Shown: positions 30,162-39,241, counted from the first letter of the stretch. The stretch is 64,000 bases of DNA from Nitrosopumilus sp. (GCA_965206745.1 OZ242220.1:96001-160000); one strand, 5' to 3'. Translations and numbers: made by a program. The notes: generated by a model from the letters alone, not told the origin.

Positions 30162-31163
30162 TGCCCCCTCAATTATCACCTCAAACCCGTTACCCGTTCT
30201 TCCTATTCCATATCTGCAGCCTGTAATTTTTGATGTGACAAACAAGTTGGTCTCCAGGTGCTTTGTAATTTTTCTTACCTGAAAAACTGTCCTGCCACGA
30301 CTCAGGCCGGCTGGAACCACCAGCATGTCTGCCAAGTTATCATCAACTGAATGACTTTGAATAAAATTCCCGACATCCAGATCAAACCGGCCTGTCTTTT
30401 TGTCATACAGCGAGTCGGCCCCTGCTATCGAAGCATCATCGGCACTAAAAACCAGCAGCGATGCACCAGAATCTAGTGCCTCCTCGGATCTAATCTCCAC
30501 ATCTACACTATATCCTGCGTTGGTCAGCCTGTCTGCGATTTGATCCACACTGCCTTTGATTTCATCGTGTGCGAGTTTTGAAAATGAACAAACCAATCTT
30601 GCCTGCCTTGTACTTTGTTTTGAAAACGATGCTGGTTTTACACTGGACGGGTTTACCTGCAGTTCTATCTCCCCGCCGCCCCTGGGATAGTACCCACGCT
30701 TTATCAGTTTGAGTGAAAAATCAATTCCCATCCTTGAGTATGCCTCCCTTAGTACGTGCCGGGTATAGTCTGTCGTAGGACTCCAAGGCACGTCTGTTCC
30801 TCCCCTGATTCTCAAGCCAAGCCGTCTCTTTGACACTGCGACAACCGGAACCAGGACCTGCAAAATCAATGAGATGCTTCCGGCAGTACCCACATCCTCA
30901 ACCAAGTTCATGTCTTTAACATTGCCTGGAGTGAATCTTATCTCTTCAGATCCAATCTCCGCTCCAATCACCTTGGCATCTGCCACCTTTTGAAGAATTT
31001 TAATCGCCGTAAGGTGCTGCGGCCTCAGTCCGGGAGTCCTTCTATTCTTTCTGATGTTCTCCAAATGAATTGGCCGTCTTGTAATGCATGATAATGTGAT
31101 TGCTGAGCGGAGAATCTGTCCTCCACCCTCGCCATAGCCGCCGTTGATCCTTAGAAAATCCAT
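30141..31163 (-). CDS. rtcA: RNA 3'-terminal phosphate cyclase
   Basis: GEGGGQILR, PGLRPQH, GGTDVPWSP, RGYYPRGGG, HLETN. Confidence 0.93.
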   Translation of the reverse strand: MDFLRINGGYGEGGGQILRSAITLSCITRRPIHLENIRKNRRTPGLRPQHLTAIKILQKVADAKVIGAEIGSEEIRFTPGNVKDMNLVEDVGTAGSISLILQVLVPVVAVSKRRLGLRIRGGTDVPWSPTTDYTRHVLREAYSRMGIDFSLKLIKRGYYPRGGGEIELQVNPSSVKPASFSKQSTRQARLVCSFSKLAHDEIKGSVDQIADRLTNAGYSVDVEIRSEEALDSGASLLVFSADDASIAGADSLYDKKTGRFDLDVGNFIQSHSVDDNLADMLVVPAGLSRGRTVFQVRKITKHLETNLFVTSKITGCRYGIGRTGNGFEVIIEGASDACIK

Positions 31164-31216
31164 GGTTTCCCCTTGGTTGCCACTCTTTATGATAGTTTTT
31201 TAAAAAGAGATCCTCC

Positions 31217-31720
31217 ATGGTATGTATGGACGGTCTGCTGATAGGAAGATTCCAGCCCTTTCATCTGGGCCATCTTCAGGCACTACAATTTGCACTATCA
31301 AAGGCAGACTGTCTGTGGGTGGGCCTGGGCAGCTCAAACAGACCTGTGGAAAGAGACAACCCGTTTACGGCCCAGCAAAGAAAGGAGATGATTCTAGCAT
31401 CCGTTGATGACTCCATCAGAGAGAGGATCTCCATTTACTTTATTCCGGATGTGGATAATCATGTCAGCTGGATAGAAAAGATAGATGCAATTGTCCCAAA
31501 GTTTGACATCGTCTTCTCCAATGATGATCTGACAAAGCATCTTTATTCAAAAAGAAGCGTTGAGGTACTCGCAATTCCTTTTTTAGACAGGGAGTCATTA
31601 TCCGGGACAAATATCCGCAACCTGATTGCCAGCGATCAGGATTGGAGGCATCTGGTTCCTGACGGCACTAGAAATTTTTTGGAGAAGACCGGTGCCAAGG
31701 ATCACCTGAAAGATCTCTAA
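31217..31720 (+). CDS. nadM: Nicotinamide-nucleotide adenylyltransferase
   Basis: GRFQPFHLGH, NPFT, SGTNIR, LVP. Confidence 0.9.
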   Translation: MVCMDGLLIGRFQPFHLGHLQALQFALSKADCLWVGLGSSNRPVERDNPFTAQQRKEMILASVDDSIRERISIYFIPDVDNHVSWIEKIDAIVPKFDIVFSNDDLTKHLYSKRSVEVLAIPFLDRESLSGTNIRNLIASDQDWRHLVPDGTRNFLEKTGAKDHLKDL

Positions 31721-31758
31721 TTATAAATAAACCCCATTCTCATCGGTGATAGATACGT

Positions 31759-32904
31759 ATGGAATATCTTTCAATGCTTCCCGGTCCAACCAACGTGCCT
31801 AACAGGGTGATGAGGGCGATGTTGGCACCGATCATCAATCACAGGAGCGATGATTTCGTACAGCTTTACACTGATGTGGTTGCAAAGACACAGCAGGTAT
31901 TTGAAACGCAGAATGACATTGTGGCCTTGTCGGCATCGGGGACAGGCGCAGTCGAGGCAGGCGTCGTAAATTTGGTTAAAAAGGGTGACAAGATAATCAT
32001 TCCAGTTAACGGAGAGTTCAGTAACAGACTGGCACAGCTAATCGAGGGTCAGGGAGCAAATATTGTAAAACTTCAAACTCCTCCGGGACAAAATGCGACC
32101 TTTGATCAGATTAAAGAGGCATTTGACAACAACAAGGATGTCAAGGCATTCTATGTAGTTCACAATGAGACCTCGACTGGGACCATGGTAAACTATCTTG
32201 ACAAAGTATCTGACTTGACATCAAGAAACGATGCATTCTATGTTGTCGACTCCGTTTCACTGCTCGGCGGTGCCCGACTGCCAGTAGACAAATGGAACAT
32301 CGACGTATGCATGACTGGCGCACAAAAGGCAATTGCCGCACCTCCGGGAATCTCCCCGATATCCGTCAGTGCCAAGGCCAAAAAATACATGATTGAGAAT
32401 CCGCCAAATACAATGTACTTTAATCTTGCACGGTATTTCAAATATTACGATGAGGAAAAACACACTCCCTTCACACCCGCACTCCCGTTGCTTTACGCAT
32501 ACAGAGAGGCGCTATCCATGATGCTAGAAGAGGGGCTGGAGAATGTCTTTAATCGCCACAAGATATGTTCTGCTGCACTGTACGGCGGACTAAGTGCAAT
32601 GGGCCTGTCTCCATTTGCAAAAGAGGAGGATCGTTCAATCTCAATTGTTGCATTAAACTATCTGGACGGCTTGGAGGACAAGACCTTCAGAAGCACGCTA
32701 GCTGACAAATTCAAAGTGCTGGTTGCAGGTGGGTTTGGTGATCTAAAGGGCAAGGTGTTCAGGGTCGGATGCATGGGGGAGGTCAGTCCATACCATGTAA
32801 TGAGAACCATCTCTGCAATTTCATCCACGTTGGCAATGATGGGGTATGACGTTGATGCCCAGGCAGGACTAAAAACTGCACAGGAAAAATTAAAAGATCT
32901 CTAG
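31759..32904 (+). CDS. Class V PLP aminotransferase (serine-pyruvate/alanine-glyoxylate type)
   Basis: PGPT, HNETSTG, DSVS, GAQKA, FRVGCMG. Confidence 0.92.
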   Translation: MEYLSMLPGPTNVPNRVMRAMLAPIINHRSDDFVQLYTDVVAKTQQVFETQNDIVALSASGTGAVEAGVVNLVKKGDKIIIPVNGEFSNRLAQLIEGQGANIVKLQTPPGQNATFDQIKEAFDNNKDVKAFYVVHNETSTGTMVNYLDKVSDLTSRNDAFYVVDSVSLLGGARLPVDKWNIDVCMTGAQKAIAAPPGISPISVSAKAKKYMIENPPNTMYFNLARYFKYYDEEKHTPFTPALPLLYAYREALSMMLEEGLENVFNRHKICSAALYGGLSAMGLSPFAKEEDRSISIVALNYLDGLEDKTFRSTLADKFKVLVAGGFGDLKGKVFRVGCMGEVSPYHVMRTISAISSTLAMMGYDVDAQAGLKTAQEKLKDL

Positions 32905-33060
32905 CCTGACATTACAAGTATTTCTTTGGTGTTGACACGGACCTGCTGTACTCTGATTGAATCTGTTATTGGACATGTGATGATTAGAAGATATGGAATT
33001 TTTCATATCTGTGTGCCTAGCATATCATAAATAAAAAATAATAATTTTAAATATCGAGAC

Positions 33061-33076
33061 TGTGATAGGTATCACA
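33061..33076 (+). promoter_or_regulatory. Palindromic operator candidate TGTGATA-GG-TATCACA between TATA box and start codon
   Basis: Perfect 7-bp inverted repeat just downstream of TTTAAATA; only the left half is kept in copies 2 and 3. Confidence 0.4.
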
Positions 33077-33219
33077 TGGCATTAAGAGAAGTATCACCTC
33101 TCGGAACCGACGAATGGAATCAATTGGTAGCGGAGCTTGAAAAAGAACCCACTGATGAGCAAATAAAGTTCCTCCAAAATTCCGTAGAAAATGGACGGAA
33201 ACTAAAAGTTCATCGTTAG
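33076..33219 (+). CDS. 47-aa antitoxin-like peptide, copy 1 (DUF1778/TacA C-terminal-like)
   Basis: MALREVSPLGTDEWNQLVAELEKEPTDEQIKFLQNSVENGRKLKVHR; same length and pattern as copies 2 and 3. Confidence 0.7.
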   Translation: MALREVSPLGTDEWNQLVAELEKEPTDEQIKFLQNSVENGRKLKVHR

Positions 33220-33232
33220 TTTTTGATTTTTT

Positions 33233-33429
33233 ATGTTAATGCCTGATTCAATAGGTTGTAAAAAAGATGCTAGTATTTTAAATTAAAAACAAATCTTTTT
33301 GATATTAATAATTTCAAGTGTAGCAATCCTGAATATGAAGATTACATTAAAGAAGATGCGTATGAAGATCAAGAAAAATCTAGTGCACAAGCTTGGGTAT
33401 TTGTTCATGAAAATGTAATTGTTGCATGA
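33233..33429 (+). pseudogene. GNAT toxin pseudogene (N-terminal fragment)
   Basis: Frameshifted fragment FDINNFKCSNPEYEDYIKEDAYEDQEKSSAQAWVFVHENVIVA* matches the N-terminal pattern of TacT-like GNATs. Confidence 0.65.
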
Positions 33430-33606
33430 CTCTATCCATTCAGATAATAATTTGTCTTCCATACAGTATAGTCCGAATCACACTCTCTGAATCATGTCAG
33501 TATCATTATACAACAAGCATGAATAGGTGATTTCTTCAACCAATATGCCTAGCACGTTATAAATAAAAAATAATAACTTAAATATCGAGTCTGTGATAGT
33601 TATTTT

Positions 33607-33750
33607 ATGCCATTAAGAGATGTTAAACCACTGGATGAAAAGCAATGGGCCCAACTTCAAGCTATGTTCAAAGCAGGCCCAACTGATGAATCTATTGCAA
33701 CTGTAAAGAGAGCACTCAAACGTGCTTCAGAAATCAAAAGAACTTACTAA
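33607..33750 (+). CDS. 47-aa antitoxin-like peptide, copy 2
   Basis: MPLRDVKPLDEKQWAQLQAMFKAGPTDESIATVKRALKRASEIKRTY, directly upstream of the intact GNAT. Confidence 0.75.
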   Translation: MPLRDVKPLDEKQWAQLQAMFKAGPTDESIATVKRALKRASEIKRTY

Positions 33751-33757
33751 TTTTTTT

Positions 33758-34318
33758 TTGACTTTGAAGATAAATTTTAAAACTGTCAATGCTGAATTTA
33801 AACGATTAAACTCAACTGATTCCATAGACAAAACTTTTGAATCTTCAGATTCCGAATTTACAGAGTATTATCGAGTACAATCACAGTACGATCTTCAAGA
33901 AGGACTTGCCAGAACTTATTTGCTAAAAATAGATGGCAAAGTAGTTGGTTATGTTTCAATTGCTATGGCTCATTTGAGAAAAGAATCTACCGAACAAACA
34001 CGGGGAAAGGAAACTGCTGGAAATATCCCTGCATTATTAATTAGTCATCTTTCTACACATAAAGAACATACAAGAAAAGGAATTGGTACGAGATTAATTG
34101 ATGGAGCACTTAGAATTGCAATTGAACACTCTCAATATATTGGATGTAGATATCTAATGTTAAATCCAAAAGATGATGAAATAGTAAGAAAATTCTATAA
34201 AAATTATGGATTCACATACGTATCACATCTTGAAGATGATAAAGGAAGAGATGCTTTTATCTTAGATATTCAGCAAGGAAAAATACAATCAATTTCCTCT
34301 AAAATAACAATTCCTTAG
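33758..34318 (+). CDS. GNAT acetyltransferase, TacT/AtaT-like toxin (start moved to TTG 33758)
   Basis: VVGYVSI, IPALLISHLST, RKGIG acetyl-CoA motif, IGCRYLML, KFYKNYGF. Confidence 0.85.
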   Translation: MTLKINFKTVNAEFKRLNSTDSIDKTFESSDSEFTEYYRVQSQYDLQEGLARTYLLKIDGKVVGYVSIAMAHLRKESTEQTRGKETAGNIPALLISHLSTHKEHTRKGIGTRLIDGALRIAIEHSQYIGCRYLMLNPKDDEIVRKFYKNYGFTYVSHLEDDKGRDAFILDIQQGKIQSISSKITIP

Positions 34319-34371
34319 GACACATGACTGGTTTAATGCCAAAGATATTTTGGTAAAATCATAGTAATAGT

Positions 34372-34414
34372 TACACTGGAAAATTATGAAAACATCCTAG
34401 AACTTTCCAGTGTA
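34372..34414. mobile_element. 43-bp TA-bounded mini-element or footprint (IS630-like)
   Basis: TACACTGGAAA ... TTTCCAGTGTA perfect 11-bp inverted repeat; preceded by transposase-like fragment RYFGKIIVIV (34343-34372). Confidence 0.55.
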
Positions 34415-34493
34415 GAATTTTTCATATCTACGTGCCTAGCACATCATAAACAAAAATGGTAATTTTAAATATCAAGTCTGTGATAGTTATTCC

Positions 34494-34637
34494 ATGCCAT
34501 TAAGAGATGTTAAACCACTGGATGAAAAGCAATGGGCCCAACTTCAAGCTATGTTGAAAGAAGGTCCAACTGATGAATCTATTGCAACTGTAAAGAGAGC
34601 ACTCAAACGTACTGAAAACATCAAAAGAGATTTCTAA
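34494..34637 (+). CDS. 47-aa antitoxin-like peptide, copy 3
   Basis: MPLRDVKPLDEKQWAQLQAMLKEGPTDESIATVKRALKRTENIKRDF. Confidence 0.72.
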   Translation: MPLRDVKPLDEKQWAQLQAMLKEGPTDESIATVKRALKRTENIKRDF

Positions 34638-34643
34638 TTTTTT

Positions 34644-34708
34644 TTGGTTTTGAAGATAAATTTTGAAGCTCTCAATGTTGAATTTAAACAATTAGGATCC
34701 AACTGATC
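34644..34708 (+). pseudogene. Truncated 5' end of a third GNAT
   Basis: LVLKINFEALNVEFKQLGSN* is homologous to LTLKINFKTVNAEFKRLNST of the intact GNAT. Confidence 0.7.
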
Positions 34709-34807
34709 CTTGCATCTCTTGGGCAAACTTGATAGTTTTCCTTCAAAATCTTTCATGATTCATTTTTTTGTAAGAATGCCTGTTTTTTCTTATTTTCTAT
34801 AACATCT

Positions 34808-34952
34808 TTTGGCAAAATCATAGTAATAGTTGATAGGGTCCCAACATCAGGCAAACAATATCAAAAAACTACTCAAAAGATACAAGAACATCAAAATGAT
34901 CTATCTGCCAAAAGGATCTCCGTATTTGAATGCGGGGTAGAAATGCCGGCAT
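34808..34952 (+). pseudogene. IS630-family transposase fragment
   Basis: FGKIIVIVDR/SQHQANNIKKLLKRYKNIKMIYLPKGSPYLNA/VEKC-like frameshifted DDE_3 motif. Confidence 0.75.
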
Positions 34953-35070
34953 GATTCAAGAATATGATTTGGACTAGACTGTGCTAGATGCAAATAATCA
35001 TCTGAGTAAAGGGAGTCATGTAATAAAACAACATGTAGCTGTTTGATAACTATGAAATAAATAATTTGGA

Positions 35071-36345
35071 TTAGATGGGAATCATCTCTAAAAGTTTATT
35101 TCTAATTTCTTCTTTGTTTTTATTTGGATAAATTGATGATAGAATATAATCAATGTCAATAAATCGTATTTTGATCTCGATGTCTTGTTTAGTAGCCTTT
35201 AATGTTTGAGATATTGAACCTGGAGTTTTAGGCAATATTGCAAATCCTTCTTTTCTGTCATGGTCTCTAAGGTAAAATGCAATTTGAAATCTATCTTCTT
35301 CTAATAGTTTATCCTTGTATTTTGTATCGATTATGGTCTTGATTTTATGTTTGTCTTCATAAATTATAATATCTGGAATGATCTCGTATTCCTTATCGGT
35401 ACCTTCAATTTTCCATGATATAGATCGTTGTTGTTCTTTACTTTGTAATGGATAAAATTCACAAAATAATTTAAAGACAAATTTTTCAAACACTTTATTC
35501 ATGTCCACAAAAAATGAGTTTACAAATCTAGATTTTTGCTCATAAAAATCTGCTATTCTTATACTGCTTACAATTAATTTGCATAATTCATGTATTTTTT
35601 TGTAATGCTGATTCATTTGATTATAATTTATCATTTTAAAATGATTTAAATTAATTTCTTTTTTACTTACTAATCCTTCCAGCAACCCAATCATCCTTCT
35701 AATTTCTTTTTTTCTTTCAACATTAATTGTAATGTAATAACATCTCTCTAAACAATACAAGAGAATTTGATTTTCAATATTGTCATACTCAAATTCATCA
35801 TGCTCACATGCAAATTCTAATTTTGTCTTAGCATCATTTACAATTTGTTGCTGAAAAATTAATCTACCACGCAAATATGGTAAATTATCTTGATGAACAG
35901 TATAGGATTTTACTATTCCTCTCTTTAGTAAAACTGACACATGTTTGACAAAAGTTGAGATAATAATCTCTGACAATAAATTTTCTTCATCTTTAAATTT
36001 TATTTCGCTTTCAGGAAATATTTCCAAATCTAAATCATATACATAATCAATCAATTCCACAATTCTTTCAATACTTGAAAATTTTGGAGTTATTGTTACT
36101 GTAAAATTCGAAAATTGAGCAACTCCAATATGACTTTTAGCCTTCATTATTAATCCATGTTTGATAGGATCTTTAGAAATTGAAAGAATACCTTTTTCTT
36201 CAAGTCTTTGGCGCAGTTTCTGATCTTCTTCTTTGAGATTTAGATTTTGTAGAATTTCTTCTAATTTTTGCTCATCTTTATTTGGTGTATGTTTTTTTCT
36301 AGGTGATGGCAGTACTTGATATTCTTTGAGTGGTATCAGATTCAT
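35071..36345 (-). CDS. mcrC: McrC-family PD-(D/E)xK nuclease subunit (start ATG 36345 overlaps the mcrB stop)
   Basis: ITPK, ENQIL, FFVDMNKVFEKFV, IIPDI...IDTKYK, DRFQIAFY. Confidence 0.9.
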   Translation of the reverse strand: MNLIPLKEYQVLPSPRKKHTPNKDEQKLEEILQNLNLKEEDQKLRQRLEEKGILSISKDPIKHGLIMKAKSHIGVAQFSNFTVTITPKFSSIERIVELIDYVYDLDLEIFPESEIKFKDEENLLSEIIISTFVKHVSVLLKRGIVKSYTVHQDNLPYLRGRLIFQQQIVNDAKTKLEFACEHDEFEYDNIENQILLYCLERCYYITINVERKKEIRRMIGLLEGLVSKKEINLNHFKMINYNQMNQHYKKIHELCKLIVSSIRIADFYEQKSRFVNSFFVDMNKVFEKFVFKLFCEFYPLQSKEQQRSISWKIEGTDKEYEIIPDIIIYEDKHKIKTIIDTKYKDKLLEEDRFQIAFYLRDHDRKEGFAILPKTPGSISQTLKATKQDIEIKIRFIDIDYILSSIYPNKNKEEIRNKLLEMIPI

Positions 36346-38303
36346 GCCGGCAATATGTCTTTTATAGATTTTAGGAATATCTGGGAATCTTTTTTCCATT
36401 GATCTTTAATTACCATATTTTTTGAATCAACAAAATCAGAGCCTAGTATCTCTTCGAGTTTCTTGTAATCATCAAAGAAATAATCCTGTAATAAAGGAAT
36501 AATTTCATTTGCAAATGCAAATTGAAGATCTTTCAAACTTTTTATTTCCATGAAATAAGAATGTCCTACTTGTTTTTCTCGTAATCCTGATTTAACAATA
36601 GATTTGTTAATTTCTTCAAGCAATCTTCCTAAAGATATTCCTTCTATGGATTTATCCAATAGTTCAGGTTTGGGCATCAATTCACAAAATGCAAAACGTC
36701 TTCTTAACGCCGCATCAATCTGAATTAGGCTCCTATCTGCCGTATTCATTGTTCCAATAATGTAGATGTTTTTAGGAACCGTAAACGATTCTTTAGAATA
36801 TGTTAAATGTAAACTATGAGCATCTCTTTTGTCTTTTTCAATTAGAGTAATTATTTCTCCAAAGATTTTAGAAATATTTCCACGGTTAATTTCGTCTATT
36901 ACTAACACATATTTATTTTTTAGATCTGCTGCAGCTTCTTCACAAATAGTTCGAAATATTCCAGATTCTATTCTATAAGTTATCTTTCCAGCTTGAGAAT
37001 ATGGCTTTATGCCTTCTATAAATTCCTCATAGGAATATGATTGATGAAATGTAACATTTCGAATGAATTCCTTTTGCTCTGATTCTATTTCTTCTGGTTC
37101 TGTATCCGGATTTAATGTATATGTTCCCTTGTCCGTTCTTCTAAATATTGATGAATCTCCATTTTTTTGAATATCAGTAGACATTCTTGTAGCTAAAGAT
37201 ATTCCTGGTGTTTTTCCTTGCGTTTGAATTAATCCAAGCTTGAGTCCTTGCTCTAAGATTTCATCAAAATGCATTGGTTGATTTTTTTCACTTAGAATTT
37301 TAATTGCAGCATTTCTGAATGTTAAAGTGGATTCTAATGAATTATCTTCAATGATTTTTTTGGCCAAGTTTGTTGCAGTATAGGTCTTGCCTGTACCTGG
37401 TGGACCATAGAAAATAAGTTGTTTTTTCTTTAGTAAGATATCTGCATACTCTGAACTCATATGTGGCACCTTTACTTGATCATCTTTTGTATGTTTACCT
37501 AACAATACATCCATCATTCCATCTCTTTTTTTGATAACTTTACTACATGTTGCCATGAGTCCTACTAAACTCCCACTTGGTAATTCATCTGATCTAATGG
37601 GACCTTGATTCAACCATACCACATCTCGTCTATGGTGATAAAAAGAAAGAGTAGCATTTCGATAATAATCATTTACAACAATGCCAAAATCAATAATCTC
37701 TTGTTGCCCTTTGGTTAACACAACCAAATCTTTTCGTTTGATTTTGGTAAAATCGAGAAAACTGCCTTCGTCATCTTTAGGATAATTTCTCTTAAACTCT
37801 TCACGAATTTGTTCGTCTGTAAGATTTGTTATGTCCTCAACCTTGTTCCATCCTACTCCTATGGAATTAGTCCTACGAAATTCTTCTAAATATGGATATT
37901 TTTCTTTAGAGCTTCCTGGAAGGATATGCCACAAATCAAATTGTCCAGAAGTTAAATTATTTACATGCCATTCAACAATTTTTTGTCCACAAACTTTCAA
38001 ACACTCTGAAACATCGTGGGGAATCTCTTCGGGAATTAATGCTGCAGTTTCTTCACCAAACACTACAAATTTTGCTAGTATTGAAGATGCTGTTTTGAGT
38101 GCATCATCCATTCTAAAATCATGTCTATCAAAATTTAATAGTTTTAGATTATCTTTGATTTCTTTCAGAGGTGCAGAAAATCCATTTTCATCTCCTTTTT
38201 CAAGTAAAATTTTGATAATAATTGGTTGATAATTTACTTGCATAGACATTGTTTCTTTTAGAAATCGCAAGAGAGCAGATTCTATGTTATTAGATATTGG
38301 CAT
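36342..38303 (-). CDS. mcrB: McrB-family AAA+ GTPase with extra DNA-reader domains (start moved to MPISNN)
   Basis: Walker A GPPGTGKT, TFHQSYSYEEFIEG, Walker B IDEINRGN, NTADRS signature, ALRRRF. Confidence 0.92.
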   Translation of the reverse strand: MPISNNIESALLRFLKETMSMQVNYQPIIIKILLEKGDENGFSAPLKEIKDNLKLLNFDRHDFRMDDALKTASSILAKFVVFGEETAALIPEEIPHDVSECLKVCGQKIVEWHVNNLTSGQFDLWHILPGSSKEKYPYLEEFRRTNSIGVGWNKVEDITNLTDEQIREEFKRNYPKDDEGSFLDFTKIKRKDLVVLTKGQQEIIDFGIVVNDYYRNATLSFYHHRRDVVWLNQGPIRSDELPSGSLVGLMATCSKVIKKRDGMMDVLLGKHTKDDQVKVPHMSSEYADILLKKKQLIFYGPPGTGKTYTATNLAKKIIEDNSLESTLTFRNAAIKILSEKNQPMHFDEILEQGLKLGLIQTQGKTPGISLATRMSTDIQKNGDSSIFRRTDKGTYTLNPDTEPEEIESEQKEFIRNVTFHQSYSYEEFIEGIKPYSQAGKITYRIESGIFRTICEEAAADLKNKYVLVIDEINRGNISKIFGEIITLIEKDKRDAHSLHLTYSKESFTVPKNIYIIGTMNTADRSLIQIDAALRRRFAFCELMPKPELLDKSIEGISLGRLLEEINKSIVKSGLREKQVGHSYFMEIKSLKDLQFAFANEIIPLLQDYFFDDYKKLEEILGSDFVDSKNMVIKDQWKKDSQIFLKSIKDILPA

Positions 38304-38911
38304 GCCATTCTTTGCAACAACTGTTTTTTTAATTTTATGCTTTGTTGCATGACATGTCCAAACCGCAAGCAAATCAATGAATTACTATACCTAAAATCAG
38401 AGTTATACTACAAAATGTCAATCACAGCTTGGATACTTCCCTGTACATCTCTTGGGCAAACTTGATAGTTTTCCTTCAAAATCTTTCATGATTCATTTTT
38501 TTGTAAGAATGTCTGTTTTTTCTTATTTTCTATAACATCTTTTGGTAAAACAACCACCTTTCAATTTCATGGGTTCTAGTTTGAAGACCTCATCAAGGTT
38601 TAACTTGATATTCTAAAGTGATTCTTTCATGTCAACATAGTCTGAAATCATATGTTATCTGTGTGAATTCCTTATTTATGCTAGATTATTCTCAAGTCTT
38701 GTCCATCAAAAAATATTACACTAGTGGTATTCTGATTTCAAAAATAAATACAAGTATGTTCAAAGAAAGATATGATTTTAGAGTCAAATTTTTGTCTATT
38801 TCAAATGATCCAAACTAGAAATTTTTTACACCTTTCAGCACAAATCACAATTGAGGAAATTACGGTTTATAAGATAATAAAAATGATACAACAACCAGAG
38901 GTCGGAAATTT

Positions 38912-39241
38912 ATGAATAAACAAGTCAACTATACAATGTACAAGAATGAAATTAAATTCGTTGAAAAATACCGAGAAGCGGCATGCGCTTTGGGCCAATT
39001 AACCAAAAAAGATCATGTCGTGTTTAAAGAATTACATAAAATGGTAGACACTTGTCTTGATGAAAAAGTATCACAGAAAAGCTTTAAACGATGTGTCAAA
39101 GGAATGATTATGCAAGGACTAGTTTTAGAGACATTTTCAATTGACCTAAAATTTAGGATTGAATTATCCCTAATTGGCAAAGACGTACATCAAATGATTC
39201 GTAAAAATAACGATCATTTAGTAGCAATAGATCATTATTAG
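38912..39241 (+). CDS. Hypothetical protein, possibly winged helix
   Basis: 109-aa AT-rich ORF; MIMQGLVLE...ELSLIGK resembles a wing motif. Confidence 0.5.
   Translation: MNKQVNYTMYKNEIKFVEKYREAACALGQLTKKDHVVFKELHKMVDTCLDEKVSQKSFKRCVKGMIMQGLVLETFSIDLKFRIELSLIGKDVHQMIRKNNDHLVAIDHY

Larger units (their letters stand above)
32996..34708 (+). repeat. Three tandem promoter-antitoxin-GNAT cassettes starting at ~32996, ~33546 and ~34415
   Basis: Shared leader TGCCTAGCA..ATAAA..TTAAATATC.AG.CTGTGATAG.TA before each ATG; copies 2 and 3 are also near-identical through the peptide ORF. Confidence 0.9.
34713..38550. repeat. 105-bp direct repeats (34713-34817 and 38446-38550) flanking mcrBC
   Basis: CATCTCTTGGGCAAACTTGATAG...AACATCTTTTGG(C/T)AAAA present twice; two mismatches seen. 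Confidence 0.92.

Noticed and set aside
34500-34691. Minus-strand 63-aa ORF
   Set aside because: Shadow of antitoxin copy 3, which is supported by three homologous copies.
32996-34708. Cassette repeats as CRISPR or diversity-generating retroelement TR/VR pairs
   Set aside because: Units are gene-sized, differences are not adenine-specific, and there is no reverse transcriptase in the window.
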